This document shows positions 62,287 through 64,000 of a stretch of 64,000 nt of DNA, one piece after another (position 1 is the first letter of the stretch; each line of letters starts with the position of its first letter). Under the pieces are notes generated by a model, which saw only the letters and a program-made list of their open reading frames with translations, did not search any database and was not told where the DNA came from. The DNA is from Oikopleura dioica. Taxonomy: Eukaryota > Animalia > Chordata. Position numbers and translations under genes: made by a program. Location: positions 13,392,001 through 13,456,000 of the forward strand of contig OU015568.1 in assembly GCA_907165135.1 (NCBI GenBank), given 5' to 3'.

Positions 62287-63541
62287 CAGAAAACTGCTAC
62301 ACTTTCTAACTTGCTTGAAACAATTAAAATAAAGATAACTCACAATTTGATAGCGGACTTTTCGGCAATTTCTGCAGATTCCTCGTATTCGTGACGCAAC
62401 AGCTGGTTCATAAGGAGTTTGCTGGATGCATAGAACTGCAAAGATCCATTCAGCTAGATCGACTTGAAGAGCTTTTTGACGTTTTTAACAAATTATGGAG
62501 ATACTTGCACCTCGGGAGATTACTAAGTGCTAGAACTAAGCAGATAATGAACGCGTCCCTTGGTTCGCTTGGATGAGCTCGGCGAAGAGATCAAACAGAC
62601 CGCTTATTTGATGTGACGTGAGCCGCAGTACTACTCGAAGCACCGGCGGCATTCTTTTTCGCGGATTTACATATCATTCTTTGTCTTGTTTATATGTACT
62701 CATCTAATCAAAGCATAATTGAAAATCCTAGCCATGGTCAAGCTTGTCAATATCAACAATGCGATCTGCGAACTCAAGATTTTCTTCGAGCTGCTTCGCG
62801 CTTTCTTCAGAATCACCCTCTTCCTGGTTTACCCCGCTTCGCCCTTCGAAGTCAACGTATGGAACGCGCTTGCCAAAGATAATTTTCTGCCACGCTTCAA
62901 AATCATATGGCTCTTAACATGCTTGAGTGGGGCTAAATATGATGAACGAGCGAACCTGGTAGTGGGAAAATGGGCAAGCGAGGGCGTTTCTTTGACTCCC
63001 GACGGATCGATTTCAGTTTTCCTGCATGAGTGCCCACCTGAATCACGAAAAGTCCGTTCACCGAAAAAATATTCAAGAAAATACCTTGAGCCGGACATTA
63101 GTAAACAACCGCAAACGGTCGGCTTTCCATGCCTTCGATGGGAGGTATTTTGGGTCGACTTTATCATCCTTCATGAAATTCACTGCGGAAATATAACTTG
63201 ATGATGATAGCTGCTTGAATGTTAGATCCTTCCTGTCTTGTTAGTGGTTCAATAAGCGAATGAGTTTATAAAATAGGATAAAAAAGATCCGTTCAACCAG
63301 TTTCTAGTTTTTTCGATGGACTAATAGGTATTTGCGCCTTATCTGCTCTCGTGAAATCCGGCTCGTTGCGTGCCTCAAGTATCACTGATTTCAAGTAGTC
63401 CTCTGCTGTTTCCATCCCTGCGCTAGGATCGAATTCTTCAAGCTCCTTTTCCTCAAATTGAACAAATGGAATTTGCCCTGGTATTTGATCGGGTTTTTCT
63501 GCCGGCGTTTCGCCGCTGTTCAACTTTATTCTTTCAGACAT
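62252..63541 (-). CDS. GEMIN2: Gemin2 (SMN-interacting protein 1); exact 3' end uncertain
   Basis: Exons give EEFDPSAGMETAEDYLKSVILEA, PSKAWKADRLRLFTNVR, DFEAWQKIIFG, MPPVLRVV and AEWIFAVLCIQQTP..SRIRGICRNC, colinear with Gemin2 motifs. Confidence 0.85.
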
Positions 63542-63582
63542 TCTAAGCAGTAAACAAATCAGTGAAGATGCTTTACACTTGT

Positions 63583-64000
63583 TTATGCAGCGCTTTCGAC
63601 TTGAACAGCTTCTCTCAGTTTTCGTTCTTTCAAATGAGCTTCTCGCGATGCTTTGCCGTAAATTCTGTGACCGGGGCAATCTGTATCGTCGTACTCTAAC
63701 AAAAGTATAAATCCCGCTTCCCCTTTCGGAGTTACCTAATCGTTTCCTACAACAGGCTTTGCAAAATAAAAATCCACATTTTAAACCGCGCGGATTTCCA
63801 GGGCACTTGACGCACATCTCGTATTTTGGCTTCACTCCCTAAATCGTTATATTTCTCCCGCGATTTAAAATTATTCTCACCTCTTTTGCCATTTTCTCTT
63901 GAAACTTCGCTTTTTTCTGTTCTTTATGTTTCTTTCTTTTCAAATTTTCCTCGATCATGCCCGAGTTACGCTTTCTTGAGTTTTGTTCTGTTGTTTCCGA
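63583..64000 (-). CDS. DUS1L: 3' end of tRNA-dihydrouridine synthase 1-like (partial; runs off the window)
   Basis: CVKCPGNPRGLKCGFLFCKACCRKRL..DCPGH matches the DUS1L C-terminal Cys-rich motif (C..CGNPKG..C.F.LC..CC...DCPGH). Stop at 63583-63585. Confidence 0.8.

Noticed and set aside
62719-63201. 160-aa plus-strand ORF
   Set aside because: Antisense to GEMIN2 exons and introns, with no motif.

Overview
Eukaryotic genomic DNA from a compact, intron-dense genome, almost certainly the larvacean tunicate Oikopleura dioica. The evidence is three copies of its 40-nt spliced-leader exon, ~40-50 nt introns, GA-AG/GG-AG introns and operon-like spacing. In order: an orphan multi-exon gene; HPF1 with a large Lys/Ser/Arg-rich N-terminal extension; MED4; a BMP2/4-like TGF-beta gene whose coding exon is split by a 4.5-kb non-autonomous hAT-like element (8-bp TSD) filled with tandem repeats; a small single-TM ORF; a palindromic hAT MITE; a ~6,070-aa nebulin whose last exon is ~18 kb; a FATP/SLC27 acyl-CoA synthetase; an inverted-repeat cluster of 2 U6, 3 5S and 3 SL RNA genes enclosing a divergent pair of small heat-shock genes with an HSE array; UNC93A; NUDT6; a five-Ig-domain adhesion molecule; PYCR; and a DUS1L-GEMIN2 operon. 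The most striking observations are the transposon in the BMP exon, which supplies an in-frame splice donor, the SL/5S/U6/sHSP palindrome, the near-intronless nebulin and the divergent HPF1. All family assignments are from recalled motifs and manual translation; no database searches were run.
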